Source of the DNA: an uncultured Myxococcales bacterium
GTDB lineage: Bacteria; Myxococcota; Kuafuiibacteriia; Kuafuiibacteriales; Kuafuiibacteriaceae
Reading direction: 5' to 3'
Length of the DNA stretch: 64,000 bases
Assembly: GCA_964463485.1 (NCBI GenBank)
Contig: CAYXDO010000015.1
Location: 34,259 to 98,258 of the forward strand
Below the pieces are notes generated by a model, which ran no database searches, had not been told where the DNA came from, and saw nothing but the letters and a program-made list of their open reading frames with translations. This document shows, piece after piece, positions 26,001-34,842 of the stretch (the first letter of the stretch is position 1; each line of letters begins with the position of its first letter). The translations under genes were made by a program, and so were the position numbers.

Positions 26001-26273
26001 CTGAGACAGTCCCTCGGACGAGCTGCTACGGAGCTCGTCGATGCCCGAGATCGTATTCACAGACCCTTCGATCTTTTCCGTGATCTCCCGCTCGACGTCC
26101 TCCGGCGAGCTGCCAGGCAAGGCCGTAAGAATCACGACCGCGGGAAAATCGATCTTCGGAAACTGATCGACCCCGAGCTTGGTATAGAAGACACTTCCAA
26201 CGACCAAAATCACCAACGAAAGCACCGACGCCAGCACAGGGCGGCGCACGCAGAGCTCGGCTAGCCACAACAT
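23064..26273 (-). CDS. RND-family efflux transporter, inner-membrane permease (AcrB/CzcA-like)
   Basis: 1069 aa. N-terminus MLWLAELCVRRPVLASVLSLVILVVGSVFYTKLGVDQFPKIDFPAVVILT is the canonical AcrB start. 12-TM topology with two large periplasmic loops. Overlaps both neighbours by 4 nt. Confidence 0.9.
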   Translation of the reverse strand: MLWLAELCVRRPVLASVLSLVILVVGSVFYTKLGVDQFPKIDFPAVVILTALPGSSPEDVEREITEKIEGSVNTISGIDELRSSSSEGLSQVVIQFLLEKNIDTAAQEVQQKVNAVLAELPKGIDPPIVQKLDPDAQPVLYIALSAPPKDGRETDVREVTDIADRLVRRRLESVSGVGQVVLIGGRKRQIQVLVDPLKMRSLGLSAGEVGAAVNAQNVTLPGGRLDASRDYLTLRVAGRVESVDGLRGVIVKEVNGRAIRLDEVAEVVDGVEDVATSARWNGQRTVLLALRKQSGTNTVAVVDAVRARMTEIQGELPNGYSLVVQRDGSAVVRTGTEAVTEHLILGAILAAIVVLMFLGNFRSTFIAAVAIPTSIIGTFAVMKLVGYTLNSITLLALALAVGIVIDDAIVVLENIFKQVEEKGMDAKTAAVVGTKEIGPAVLATTLSLIAVFLPIAFVAGIPGRFLASFGITMSFSIAVSLFVSFSLTPMLASQFLRPHRRGEARPILERVVDVFYRPLERAYMVALEFSMTHRWVIVLASLAALGAMGPLAKSARKGFLPIDDRAQFEVIVRLPEGRSVAATELVGERVARILREYPEVTATLMTVGDDPGKTPNQARIYVKMVPPDQREITQNEFKDVVRQKVLPALPRDWRVNIADVNEFGGGQPTQRVQVLLAGPDLERLAAANQNILEKIRQIPGAADVDSTMVNGKPELQVNVDRERAADLGVQVVDVASALQMLVAGQKVSTFADNGEQYEIRLRASDEYRSQEDKLRLLTVNSKKLGLVALSDVVRITPGSGPSSINRYNRERQVTFMLNGKPGADEGAIGEGVIAAVQAENLPKGFAIKPQGQTKLMKETGLSFILGLLASMVFMYLILAAQFDSWLHPITILISLPLTLPFAILSVIVFRQALDLYSFLGIFVLFGVVKKNAILQIDHTNKLREKSNSQLEAALQSTNDRSEQRSIRWRFRHEAILRGNRDRLRPILMTTFAFVAGMIPLVTARGIGSGFNRATAGVVVGGQIMSLVLTLLAVPVAYSFFDDASEWLWRAIRAMKGESRQASVPAAEAK

Positions 26274-26285
26274 CTGGAGCTCCGT

Positions 26286-27359
26286 TCACTGAATGGGATG
26301 GCCGTCGTGAAGCCCCGGCGGTGGGGAGACGATGACTCGGTCTTTGTCGCTCAGCGGTTCGAGCACGGCGATGCGTCCATCCTTCTCCACTCCGGTGCGC
26401 ACGACCATTTCGAACGCGGCGCCTTCACGAGCTAAAAAGATCCTTTTCACGATCCCGTCGGAACGAACTGCAGCGGAGGGGACCGTGGGTTCGTCCGCCT
26501 CCCCCACGACCAAGGAGACTGTAGCGAACATCCCCGGCATGAGTTTCCTCTCCTCGTTCTTGGCGAAGGCTTCGACGATGAGATCGCGTGTAGCAGGTCG
26601 AAGCGCCGGGCCGAGGAGCCTCACGACGGCGGGAAAGGTCCTGTCCGGATAGGCCGAGACTCTCACATCGAGCGTCTGGCCTTCACGGACCAATCTCACG
26701 GCAGACTCGGGAACGCTGATGTTGATTCGGACAGGATTGATCGAGTAGAGGCTCGCCACTCTCGAGCTGGGTTGTACATACTCGCCCACGTTGATGTAAC
26801 GTTCACCGATCAAACCGTCCATCGGAGCTCGGATTTCGGTGTCACCGGCGAGCTTGCCGGCGAGATCGGCCTGCGCCTGAATTGCGTTCGCGTTGTATAG
26901 CTGGGCCGAGCACTGGGTGGTCTGGCGGTCATACTCGGACTTGGGGAGCGCGCCTTCCTTGAACAGCATTTCGGCGCGAGCGCAGTCCTGGCGAGCGAGC
27001 GCCACTTGGGACTCAGCGGCCTTCGATTGAGCGATGGCCGCGGCCACTTGAAAACTGGCGGCCTTGGCGTCGACCACCGCGATGATTTGCCCGGCCTTCA
27101 CGGGCTGGCCACGCTCGACGTAAGTCGCCGTCACGTGCCCGGATACGTTCGCCGCGATCTCGGAACTGCGATCGGCCAGAACGCTCCCTGTGAGCGTGAG
27201 GTATTTGGGCATCTTCCGTGTTTCGACAGCCGCCGTGTCGACCTTCACCAAGTCGACCACGGGCTTCGACTTCTGAGTCGGCGTAGCCGCTTCGGGTCGG
27301 CCGCAGCTGAGCAGAATGATCGGAAGGAGCTCGAGCGTTCGATGATTCATGTTCTTCAT
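26286..27359 (-). CDS. RND efflux membrane-fusion protein (periplasmic adaptor, HlyD/AcrA family)
   Basis: Lipoprotein-like N-terminus (ILLSCG). Coiled-coil hairpin region (AQADLAGKL...), then barrel-sandwich and beta-barrel segments. Sits between TetR and the RND pump. Confidence 0.85.
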   Translation of the reverse strand: MKNMNHRTLELLPIILLSCGRPEAATPTQKSKPVVDLVKVDTAAVETRKMPKYLTLTGSVLADRSSEIAANVSGHVTATYVERGQPVKAGQIIAVVDAKAASFQVAAAIAQSKAAESQVALARQDCARAEMLFKEGALPKSEYDRQTTQCSAQLYNANAIQAQADLAGKLAGDTEIRAPMDGLIGERYINVGEYVQPSSRVASLYSINPVRINISVPESAVRLVREGQTLDVRVSAYPDRTFPAVVRLLGPALRPATRDLIVEAFAKNEERKLMPGMFATVSLVVGEADEPTVPSAAVRSDGIVKRIFLAREGAAFEMVVRTGVEKDGRIAVLEPLSDKDRVIVSPPPGLHDGHPIQ

Positions 27360-27970
27360 GTGCCTCGTCGGGATCTCTTCGTAGAGCTCGTCCCAAGGCC
27401 CCTCGCGACGAGCCTTGCGAGCTCCAACTCGAACTTGGTCCGAGCTCGGCTCGTGCGACGTTTCTCGGTCAGGCGAGCTTCGATCGCTCGAAGGGTCACC
27501 GCGCCCACGATCGACGTCGCGGCGGTTTCGAGCGCGTCGCTCTCGATGGCGCTCGCTTCTCTACGCTCGGTCAGCCAGCGCGTCGTCGCCGCCACCGCTC
27601 GCACGGGCATGGGCAGCCTGATGCGATCTCGAATCAACTCGTGCGAGACTCCGCACTCCTTCAGGGCCATCACACGCGGCAAAGCGAGCTCGAAATACGC
27701 GGCCAGCCGCCCGACCAAGGAAGCGAGTTGGTCGACGAACGGGCGATCGTCGATCGGCATCGCAAAGACCTCATCGAGCTCCACTTCCCTCGGGCAGAGC
27801 GCCTGGAGCATCAGGTTCTGCCGCGTTCCGTAGCGTTTGATCAGCGCCGGAGACGTCACGCCCAGTCGTTGAGCGACGAAATCGAGGGACACTTGCGCTC
27901 CCTTCTCGAGCACCGCAGCCCGAGTGGCATCGAGGATCTGCTCGTCGGTGACCTGACGGGGACGCGCCAT
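27356..27970 (-). CDS. TetR-family transcriptional repressor of the efflux operon
   Basis: N-terminal HTH ILDATRAAVLEKGAQVSLDFVAQRLGVTSPALIKRYGTRQNL is the TetR_N signature. 4-nt overlap with the MFP gene. Confidence 0.85.
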   Translation of the reverse strand: MARPRQVTDEQILDATRAAVLEKGAQVSLDFVAQRLGVTSPALIKRYGTRQNLMLQALCPREVELDEVFAMPIDDRPFVDQLASLVGRLAAYFELALPRVMALKECGVSHELIRDRIRLPMPVRAVAATTRWLTERREASAIESDALETAATSIVGAVTLRAIEARLTEKRRTSRARTKFELELARLVARGLGTSSTKRSRRGT

Positions 27971-27977
27971 GCTGTCA

Positions 27978-28007
27978 GGATGGTTAGTAAGTGTTCACTA
28001 ACCATCC
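27978..28007. promoter_or_regulatory. Candidate TetR operator: perfect 11-bp inverted repeat GGATGGTTAGT-N8-ACTAACCATCC, 8 nt upstream of the tetR start codon
   Basis: Read directly from the sequence. The position in the tetR promoter is typical of an autoregulatory operator. Confidence 0.6.
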
Positions 28008-28211
28008 GGCAAGTGAAGAAGTGTGAAGACTGGCGAAGGTGCTGAACAACAGTGTCTTGCCTCGGGAACGATCCGGCTGGGTCGGCATCAGCCAGGGATA
28101 GTTGCGTCACGAGGAAACGTGTCCGGAATTTCACGGCCTAAGTACTGAGTGTGAGTGCGAGTCCCTCCGGATCCCCTCGCAAGCTTGCGGAGGACGTGAG
28201 AGAGTCCCCTG

Positions 28212-28619
28212 GTGCAGCTCAGAAATTTCCAGGGTGTGCTCGAAGCGATTCGCTCGGCGCGCGTCGATCAAGGTGTAGCGCTCGCTCATTGTGCGCAGAG
28301 CATCGAGCTCTCCATATCCGGATTTCCACAGCTCCGTGGGCTTGTGGTTCGAAGGCTGGTCGGACCCTTGGTGTTCCGCAGGTTCGCCCGGCGCGGATTC
28401 ATGAAGCACGCGTTGAAAGCGCAGATCCCGGGCGCGGCCGAGATCGACCCAAACACGACAGTCGAGGCCGGTAGGGCGCGACTCGAGGCCGCGATCGAGG
28501 CGTTTCGCGCCCATGATGGCACGCTGGCCGAGCACTTTGCGTACGGGCGCTTGAGCCGCGATGAGTACGAGCTCGCTCATTCGATGCACGTAGCCGACCA
28601 TTTGGGCCTGAGCTCGTGA
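28212..28619 (+). CDS. Hypothetical small protein. Low confidence; the first half has poor GC3 and the true start may be near 28401.
   Basis: GC3 is high (about 17/20) only in the 3' half. C-terminus ends HSMHVADHL. A competing minus-strand ORF 28131..28697 is not clearly better. Confidence 0.3.
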   Translation: MQLRNFQGVLEAIRSARVDQGVALAHCAQSIELSISGFPQLRGLVVRRLVGPLVFRRFARRGFMKHALKAQIPGAAEIDPNTTVEAGRARLEAAIEAFRAHDGTLAEHFAYGRLSRDEYELAHSMHVADHLGLSS

Positions 28620-28675
28620 CCACTGCGCCGGGTCATGACGTTCTCGATCGCTCGGACCGACTCGTGGTGAATCGC

Positions 28676-30025
28676 TCACCGGCTGACTTCGAGCCACCAG
28701 ACCTCGCGACCCGTCGAGTTGTCCGCTGCGCTCCCGAGGATCAGCGCTCGGTCGCCGGGTGCGGGAGTAACTGCATAGAACGAGAACTCTCGGAGCGACT
28801 GGTCTTCGACCTGGCAGTAGCCGGTCTCCATGCTGAAGTAACCCATCGATCCCGCCACACCGGCCACTGCGTACCCACCACCGTCGAGCGGACGCATATC
28901 GTACAAAAGCCCGGGAGCGGCGAAAATGTCGATGACGTACCAGACACCACGCGCTGGGTCCCAGGCGAGCAGAACCGTGCGCCCTCCCGCATCCCCGAGG
29001 AGGAGGACGCCGAGGTCGGTGTTGGCTGCGCGGTAGAGAGTGAGCTCGTCCCGAGACTCATCGAACTTCGGCGTGATGCGTTCGTGCTGCCCGTCGTGCC
29101 ACCAGATCATCTGCGGCTTCGAGATGGTCGTCACGGTCGCATCAGGACCGATCCACTCCATAAAATCGAAATAGAAAGGCTTCACATCGAACTCGGCGAT
29201 GGGTATTCCGCGATCCTCGTCGTAGCGGATCAGGGTCGTGCCGCGAGTGAGTCCGAAGCGCTGTTCGGTTCCGTCGGGCAACTCACCTTGAACGAGGCGC
29301 ACGACGGGGAATTCGTCGTGCACGTGGTCGACGGGGCACGCCGCGTCCATGTGGACCTCGAACGCGCCGGTGGCCGGATCGACCGGCACGAGTCGAGCGA
29401 GGCGACGCGTCATGCAGCCGGAGAGCCAGATGGAGCCGTCCTTGCTTTGGACGGCAGCGTCTCGTGGGAGCTCCCTTGGAAGCGGGAGGGATGTCATCGT
29501 GTCGAGGGTGACTCGGTAGAACTGACCAGCATTTCCGTCCGCCTGAGTTACGAGGAGACTCCCGTCGGCCAGTACGACAGCGTCGGTGAACCAGTCGCTC
29601 GCGGTTCCGGTCAGAGTGTGCACCGACATACGCGGGCAGCTCGCGACGCGCTCTCTGCGGTCGGCCAGCCACACTCGTGCGGGCGCCGGGTCCAAGGTCA
29701 CCTCCGCATGATCCGAGCTGGACTCGTAGACGAGAGCGGCTTTGGGGAGCGGTCGTCCGAACCTGCCGGACTCGGCGAGCTCCAGCAGCCCGGGTCCGAG
29801 GCCGAGCTCTTGGAGACTCTCTTTATAGACGTGGATTTCCGCAGGAGCCGAGTCTGCCACGGCCACGGAGTGCGGAGATCGATCGAGCGCGACGGCCCGC
29901 GCCACCCGTCGGCCAGAGACCTCCCCGATCACGACTGCGGTCTTGACCTCGCGAGGGAGCGCCAAGTCGGCGTTTTGAGCGTCCAAACATCCCGCGAAGC
30001 TCACAGCGACCAGGGCCCAGCGCAC
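28676..30025 (-). CDS. Hypothetical lipoprotein, beta-rich and probably beta-propeller-like
   Basis: Signal peptide with lipobox MRWALVAVSFAGC. Coding-like composition on the minus strand. The overlapping + ORF 28616..30034 looks antisense. Confidence 0.6.
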   Translation of the reverse strand: MRWALVAVSFAGCLDAQNADLALPREVKTAVVIGEVSGRRVARAVALDRSPHSVAVADSAPAEIHVYKESLQELGLGPGLLELAESGRFGRPLPKAALVYESSSDHAEVTLDPAPARVWLADRRERVASCPRMSVHTLTGTASDWFTDAVVLADGSLLVTQADGNAGQFYRVTLDTMTSLPLPRELPRDAAVQSKDGSIWLSGCMTRRLARLVPVDPATGAFEVHMDAACPVDHVHDEFPVVRLVQGELPDGTEQRFGLTRGTTLIRYDEDRGIPIAEFDVKPFYFDFMEWIGPDATVTTISKPQMIWWHDGQHERITPKFDESRDELTLYRAANTDLGVLLLGDAGGRTVLLAWDPARGVWYVIDIFAAPGLLYDMRPLDGGGYAVAGVAGSMGYFSMETGYCQVEDQSLREFSFYAVTPAPGDRALILGSAADNSTGREVWWLEVSR

Positions 30026-30169
30026 GCCGCATAGTAACGCAAAGGCGCTCCGGCGCCTGCGTCAGATCGTCCCGCGAAGGAGCGACCACGCCGGATGGAC
30101 GCCAAACCCGCACAGGCCCCGGCATGAATCGAGTCTCGTGAGTAGAGCTTCCAGCGGAATGAGTCCTTC

Positions 30170-32131
30170 ATGTCGCATCTCACCTTTGATGTCCCGGCCA
30201 AGCACATTTATCTGCTGGTCTTTGCGGGCCACCTCGCGTTACACCAAGTCGAGCTCATGGAGGACGACGAGTCGAACCTGCGGAGCGCGCTCGACGTTCG
30301 GCAGACCATCGAGGCCAATCTACCGGCCTTTCTCGAGGCTGCGCCCGACGCGATGGTCATCGTCGGGGCCGACGGTCGTATCGTACTCATCAACGGCCAG
30401 GCTGAGAGGTTGTTCGGATATCCTCGGAGTGAGTTGCTGGGTCAGTCGGTCGAGGTCTTGATTCCGGTTCGGTATCGGCACTTGCACCCGGCCCATCGCG
30501 GCGAGTTTTTCAAAAGTCCGCGGCCGCGCCCGATGGGGGCAGGCGTCGATCTTTGCGCGGTGCGCAAGGACGGAACGGAGTTTCCGGCCGAAATCAGCCT
30601 CGGGCCAGTGGAAACGGCGCAGGGAGTGCTCGTAACCGCCGCGATTCGCGACGTCACGGAGCGTCGCAAGGTCGAGGCGAAGTTTCGTGGGTTGCTCGAA
30701 GCGGCACCCGATGCCGTCGTGATCGTAAATCGCGACGGGCACATCGTCCTCGTCAACTCACAGACCGAGAGACTCTTCGGTTACTTGCGGGACGAGCTCC
30801 TTGGTAGACCGGTGGAGCTGCTCATTCCGGAGCGATTTCGTGGGGCCCATCCTTCACATCGAGATCACTACTTCGCCGGCCCAAAAGTCCGCACGATGGG
30901 TTCGGGGTTGGAGCTTTGGGGGCGACGCCGAAACGGCTCCGAGTTCCCCGTGGAGATCAGCCTGAGCCCGCTCGAGGCGGAAGGGGGCGTGCTCATTTCC
31001 AGCACCATTCGCGACGTGAGCGATCGGAGGAGGGCCGAGGAGCTCAGGGCTCAGTTGGCGGCGATCGTGGATTCGTCCGACGACGCGATCATCGGAAGGA
31101 GCCTGGAAGGGGTGATTCGCAGCTGGAACAAGGGTGCCGAGCGGATATTTGGTTACTCGGCGGACGAGATGATTGGCCGACCGATCGAAGTTCTCATACC
31201 CTCAGGAAGAGCGGGCGAGGAGCGATCGATCGTAGAGCAACTGAAGCGGGGCGAGCGGGTCGCACCCTTCGAGACCGTTCGACACCGTAAGGACGGGACG
31301 GAGATTCACGTGTCGGTGACCATCTCGCCGATTCACGACTCTCGGGGCGAGGTGGTGGGCGCGTCAAAGGTGGCTCGAGACATTTCCGAGCGCAAGCGGT
31401 CCGAGGAGGCGGTCGCTCGGGCGAAGGAAGCCACCGAGGTCGCCAATCGCGAGCTCGAGGCATTCAGTTACTCGGTGGCCCACGACTTGCGAGCCCCGCT
31501 TCGCGGAATCGATGGTTTCAGTCTGGCGCTCCTCGAAGACTACTCAGACCGGCTCGACGAGGATGGGCAGCGCTACCTGCGAAGGGTACGCGAGTCGGCT
31601 CAACACATGGCCCAACTCATCGAGAGTTTGCTCTCGCTCGCTCGTATCACGCGGGGGGAGATTCGGCGTGAGAAGGTCGACTTGAGCGAGCTCGCCCGCA
31701 GCACGGCGGAGCGACTTCGAGCCAGCCAACCCGACCGAAACGTCGAATTCTTACTCGAGAAGGGCCTGACGACGATGGGTGATGGTCGGCTCCTCGGCGT
31801 GGTCGTCGAAAACTTGCTCGGCAACGCCTGGAAGTTCACCCGCGATCGCCCCAAGGCCACCATCGAGCTCGGGTCCAAGCGCGAGCGTGGAACCGTCGTC
31901 TATTTCGTTCGCGACAATGGCGCGGGCTTCGACATGGCGTTCGCGTCGAAGCTCTTCGGTGTGTTCCAGCGGCTGCACTCGCCGACCGAATTCGAAGGAA
32001 CCGGCATAGGTTTGGCGACCGTCCAGCGAATCATCCGTCGACATGACGGCCACATTTGGGCGGAAGGAGAGGTGCATCGCGGAGCCACCTTCTTCTTCAC
32101 GCTCGACGCGAGGGCCAGCGCCGATGAGTGA
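30170..32131 (+). CDS. Multi-PAS sensor histidine kinase (three or four PAS domains, then HisKA and HATPase_c)
   Basis: Repeated PDAxVIVxxDGxIVLxNxQxERLFGY...ELLG...VExLIP PAS cores (x3), plus a fourth PAS. H-box [15 protein letters not shown]1 and G2 boxes ([27 protein letters not shown]). Confidence 0.85.
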   Translation: MSHLTFDVPAKHIYLLVFAGHLALHQVELMEDDESNLRSALDVRQTIEANLPAFLEAAPDAMVIVGADGRIVLINGQAERLFGYPRSELLGQSVEVLIPVRYRHLHPAHRGEFFKSPRPRPMGAGVDLCAVRKDGTEFPAEISLGPVETAQGVLVTAAIRDVTERRKVEAKFRGLLEAAPDAVVIVNRDGHIVLVNSQTERLFGYLRDELLGRPVELLIPERFRGAHPSHRDHYFAGPKVRTMGSGLELWGRRRNGSEFPVEISLSPLEAEGGVLISSTIRDVSDRRRAEELRAQLAAIVDSSDDAIIGRSLEGVIRSWNKGAERIFGYSADEMIGRPIEVLIPSGRAGEERSIVEQLKRGERVAPFETVRHRKDGTEIHVSVTISPIHDSRGEVVGASKVARDISERKRSEEAVARAKEATEVANRELEAFSYSVAHDLRAPLRGIDGFSLALLEDYSDRLDEDGQRYLRRVRESAQHMAQLIESLLSLARITRGEIRREKVDLSELARSTAERLRASQPDRNVEFLLEKGLTTMGDGRLLGVVVENLLGNAWKFTRDRPKATIELGSKRERGTVVYFVRDNGAGFDMAFASKLFGVFQRLHSPTEFEGTGIGLATVQRIIRRHDGHIWAEGEVHRGATFFFTLDARASADE

Positions 32132-32564
32132 GGAGCACGTCATCTTGCTGGTCGAGGACAATCCGATCGATGAGGAGCTGACGTTGCGGGCGCTCAAAAA
32201 GAGCAAGATCGGCAACAAGGTCGTGGTGACGAGGGATGGAGCCGAGGCGCTCGACTACCTCTTCGCTCGAGGCCGCCACGCTGGGCGGAACCTGAAGGAG
32301 GTGCCGCAGATCGTTCTGCTCGATTTGAACCTCCCCAAGATGGGCGGCCTCGAAGTGCTTCGTATCATGCGGAGCGACGACCGAACGAAGCTCCTTCCCG
32401 TCGTCATTTTGGCGTCCTCCAAAGAGGACCAGGATTTGATCGGCGGCTATGAGTCGGGCGCCAACAGCTACATCGTCAAGCCGGTCGATTTCACCCAATT
32501 CGCGGACGCGGTGAAGCAACTCGGAGTCTATTGGCTCGTGCTCAACCAGTCCGTGCCGCCTTGA
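32124..32564 (+). CDS. Single-domain response regulator (CheY-like receiver)
   Basis: [20 protein letters not shown]...[13 protein letters not shown]...KP. ATG at 32124 overlaps the kinase stop (ATGAGTGA). Confidence 0.8.
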   Translation: MSEEHVILLVEDNPIDEELTLRALKKSKIGNKVVVTRDGAEALDYLFARGRHAGRNLKEVPQIVLLDLNLPKMGGLEVLRIMRSDDRTKLLPVVILASSKEDQDLIGGYESGANSYIVKPVDFTQFADAVKQLGVYWLVLNQSVPP

Positions 32565-32651
32565 TTCCCGTCCCTTCGGAGTGACGTGCCCACGCTCGGC
32601 GAACCGTGCGCGTGGCGGGAGCGACCGGTGCGACTTTGGTACACTTCCCTG

Positions 32652-33416
32652 ATGAGACGATGGAACGCTCTGTTGGTCGCGATGTTCGGATGCGCCGGAT
32701 CCGAGGAGCCCGGCGGGAGCTCGGCAGCGGATCGGGTCGCCGGGTACATTCGCGGCGACGCCTACTCCCGGTTGGTATTCGAGGTCGACGCCGTGCCTAG
32801 TGTCGCGCTGCGATCCGGCGTGAGCCCGGCGCTGACCCAGGAGCTCGCTTCGCTCCTCGACAAACCAGCCGGAATCGAGCTGGTCGCGAGCGGTTCCATC
32901 GAGAGCCGCGGCGCCGAGCACGCCTGGACGGAGCAAGAGGTCTTCGACCTCGAATCGACCACGGACGACCTCGCGCCATCATCGACGGGCGCGATCAAAA
33001 TTCACCTGCTGCTCGTCGATGGACATTCCGCCGAGGATGACGAGAACGGTCAGGTGCTCGGCTTTGCCTGGGCCAACCGGAACGTAGTTCTCTTTTTGAA
33101 GACGATCGAAATGGGTTGCTCGGGATTGCTCCCTAGACTCTCCGCCAAGCTCTGCGAGGCCGCAGAGATTTCCGTCGCCACACACGAGGTGGGCCATGTG
33201 ATCGGCTTGGTGGACAATGGGCTCGAGATGGTGGCGAACCACCGCGACGCCGAGCACGGCGCGCATGACGTGAACGACGATTGCGTCATGTATTGGGCGT
33301 ACGAAGGCGCGGGAGTGTTGGACGTCCTCGGAGCTCGGTTCAACTCGGGTCAGGAGAGCGCGCTCGGCTTCGACGATGCGTGCCGCGCGGACGTGGACAA
33401 AGTGCGACTTCGCTGA
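32652..33416 (+). CDS. Metzincin-like zinc metalloprotease lipoprotein (snapalysin-type HExxHxxGxxD)
   Basis: Lipoprotein signal MRRWNALLVAMFGCAG. Zinc site SVATHEVGHVIGLVDNG (HExxHxxGxxD) followed by a CVMYW Met-turn-like segment. Confidence 0.65.
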   Translation: MRRWNALLVAMFGCAGSEEPGGSSAADRVAGYIRGDAYSRLVFEVDAVPSVALRSGVSPALTQELASLLDKPAGIELVASGSIESRGAEHAWTEQEVFDLESTTDDLAPSSTGAIKIHLLLVDGHSAEDDENGQVLGFAWANRNVVLFLKTIEMGCSGLLPRLSAKLCEAAEISVATHEVGHVIGLVDNGLEMVANHRDAEHGAHDVNDDCVMYWAYEGAGVLDVLGARFNSGQESALGFDDACRADVDKVRLR

Positions 33417-33478
33417 TCGACGGAAAAGGGTGAGCGTTCAGCCATGAGCGTTGAGCGCTCAGCAGGATCAAGCGCTTC

Positions 33479-33526
33479 GCTTACGGAAGATGAGCTTACG
33501 GAAGATGAGCTTACGGAAGATGAGCT
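33479..33526. repeat. Tandem 15-bp repeat gcttacggaagatga x3.3 at the convergent 3' ends of the metzincin and chagasin-like genes
   Basis: Read directly: gcttacggaagatga gcttacggaagatga gcttacggaagatga gcttcag. Confidence 0.8.
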
Positions 33527-34661
33527 TCAGTACTGCGGTTCCTGGCCGATTTTGTACCAAGTGACTTTGTCACTCGGCGGAAACAGTGACTGCACCGACG
33601 CGTAGATCTGGCCCTTGATCGCGTAGGCGTTCACGTTGGCCTCGAGGCCGGCCTTGGTCATCGAGATTCGCTCGGCCTTCTTCCAGCCGGCGGGCGCCCG
33701 TCCGAGCTTGGTAGCGGTCTTGTCGTCTCCGAAGAGCGCGTCCTTCACCATGCCTCGAATCACGGCCTTCCGGTCGGCTTCGGTCGGTGCCATGATCGAC
33801 GCGCCTTCGGCGTCCTCCACTTTCACGGTGAAGTTGAACTTCTTGGCCGGATGCGCAGGATCGAACGGCCGAACGTATTCGAGCTCCACCTTGTGCGTGC
33901 CCACCGTGTTCAAGAACCCATCCGTCTTCCAGACGAGCTTGGTGTGACCGCCCGCGCCGACCGGCCCGCCGGCCCCGGGGCCCACGTACTCATTGGTGGC
34001 CGGATGGCCGAAGGTCTTGTCGGTCGAGTTGACCTGCCACTTGTATCCGGTCGTCGCGTTCGACCCCAGCTCGACGATGACGTCTTCGCCGCGCTTGACC
34101 GTGATGGTCTTGCCGTTGTCGTCGTCGCCGAGCTTGTTCACTTTGGCCGACGCGGCCTCCTTCACGTTCAGGGTGAAGGTGAATTTCTTGGCCGGATGGG
34201 CCGCATCGAAGGGACGCACGTACTCGAGCTCGACCTTGTGCTTCCCGACCGTATTCAAGAACCCATCGGTCTTCCAGATGAGTTGGGCAACTCCGCCGCC
34301 CCCCACCGGACCGCTCGAACCCGGACCGATGTACTCGTTCGACACGGGATGGCCGAGGGTCTTGTCGGTGGAGCTGACTTGCCACTTGTACCCAGTCGTG
34401 GCGTTCGCCGGCAACTTCACGACGACGTTCTCGCCCTTGGTCACATCGATCGTCTTGCCGTTGTCGTCCTCACCGATTCGGACACCGGTAATCATCTTGC
34501 CGCGCGTGCTCGACGGGCCGCCCAGTCGGCTCGCAGCCGAGGTGCCTACACGCTCCGCGGTATCGAGCGCCTTCTTGCTGCTCTTCTTCTTCGCCGTGGT
34601 GGGTTCAGTGGAAGTCGAGTGGACGGCGCCGGCCCCACCGGCTTTTCGGATGCTGCTGCTC
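33527..34661 (-). CDS. Tandem chagasin-family (MEROPS I42) cysteine-protease-inhibitor-like protein: two about 115-aa repeats plus a C-terminal domain of unknown function
   Basis: Two copies of GKTIxVxxGExVxVxLxxNATTGYKWQVxSTDKTxGHP...VGxHKVELEYVRPFDxAHPAKKF. NATTGYKW matches the chagasin NPTTG(Y/F)xW loop. ATG at 34661 has a GAGG RBS. No signal peptide. ORF-track start 34948 adds a basic, unlikely extension. Confidence 0.65.
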
Positions 34662-34842
34662 ATGATCGCCTCTGAAGATCGAACTGTGTCGGTCTTCTCC
34701 GGAGTTAATTGTGGGCCTATGTCGGTCGAACGAACGAATTTGTCAAGGGAAAACCGGGCGCGTCTGCTGACGGAGCCCCAGACACGAAGCCGCAAGTGAT
34801 CCGGAGCAACAGTGGGTCGCTTCAGCCGATAACGAGAGCAGG

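Noticed and set aside
22285-26264. +-strand ORFs (22285..23211, 23094..23693, 25248..26264) inside the RND/OMF genes
   Set aside because: Antisense to unmistakable AcrB-like and TolC-like coding sequence. No motifs.
28131-28700. Competing ORFs on both strands between the tetR promoter and the lipoprotein gene (28151..28474 +, 28212..28619 +, 28131..28697 -)
   Set aside because: Third-position GC counts were similar for the + and - frames in the 5' half. Only the 3' half of the + ORF looks clearly coding. I kept 28212..28619 as a low-confidence CDS and did not call the minus ORF.
28616-30034. +-strand 472-aa ORF overlapping the 28676..30025 lipoprotein gene
   Set aside because: The minus-strand frame has a proper lipoprotein signal peptide and better composition. 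The + ORF is its shadow.
33851-34799. +-strand ORFs (33851..34675, 33993..34799) opposite the chagasin-like gene
   Set aside because: Antisense. The minus frame contains two clean chagasin-type repeats.
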